A stretch of 64,000 nucleotides of DNA. Origin: Squalus acanthias. Its lineage: Eukaryota. Both the position numbers and the translations under genes were made by a program. The DNA lies in NCBI GenBank assembly GCA_030390025.1, contig CM059425.1, forward strand, positions 162,628,001 through 162,692,000, read 5' to 3'. Within the stretch, counting starts at the first letter, position 1. Every line of letters begins with the position of its first letter. Below the pieces are notes generated by a model. The model saw only the letters and a list, made by a program, of their open reading frames with translations, made no database searches and was not told the DNA's origin. Shown here piece by piece: positions 63,250 through 64,000 of this stretch.

Positions 63250-64000
63250 CTGATGGGACACGTAGAAGAAAGGAAGTTACTAAAAGAAATTCATATAAGC
63301 TCTGATTATTGACAGTACATTATTGTTTGCCAACTCATTAATGGATATCAGTAAGAGCATGCTTAAAATATACACACAACACCAGGGTTGGCTATAGCAT
63401 TTTTTTGTCATTTATAACTCATTCTGACCTTTAGAAGTAATTGTCTACTGTAACATCCCATCTATATAATAGATATTAAATAGATCGGCAAACAGTATTC
63501 TTAAATTAATGCAGTACCCCATCTCTTAATTGCAATGTACTGATATTAAGCACTCAACTCAACTACAAAGAGACTGGTCTTGCATCAAAATTCCTTTGTA
63601 TATAAACTTCCTTTTTGGTAGTTGAGGTATTATTTCTTAGTCATAAAAATGATGCAAGGTACTGAAACATAAGCATCTTAATTCTCAGCAGAGTCTGTCA
63701 CTGTGTTTTGTGGTGTTCTTTAATTTATAAAGATAGCCTTCTGCTGTCCTGTCTGTGAGACCAGTGAGCATTTTGGTTGGTGTGATTAGATCATGAGACT
63801 AAATGATGGTAAAATGTACAACTACCCAATTTATGCAAATAAACAATTTGCTGATGTTTATTCTAACTACAGAGAAAACAATGTGAATTAGGATCATTTC
63901 TTTAGACACCTATGCAATGGAATGGACTACATTGGCCTAGAAATTCATTAGCCCCTGAAAACGAGCGCAGGGAATCATGATGCACGATCAACCCGTGCCC

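Overview
Repeat-rich vertebrate genomic DNA, most likely from a cartilaginous fish (inferred from HE1-like V-SINE, Deu-domain SINEs and HER1-like CR1 LINEs, recognised from memory rather than by search). The window lies inside one large minus-strand gene of the MCTP family (MCTP1-like). Three phase-compatible coding exons (63085-63249, 59022-59152, 26741-26927) encode the C2B domain and the following linker. The introns hold four PIF/Harbinger transposons that pair a DDE transposase with a Myb/SANT gene (spliced in the two best-preserved copies), many Harbinger-type MITEs, nested CR1 LINEs, two RTE insertions, L2 fragments, SINEs and two minisatellites. The most notable signal is a set of small, TSD-flanked, non-coding foldback elements from two families. 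They carry minimal type-I hammerhead ribozyme motifs and look like Penelope pLTR derivatives. One copy has an intact motif on both strands, and another is split by a Harbinger at its predicted cleavage triplet. Most ORF-track entries are repeat by-products.
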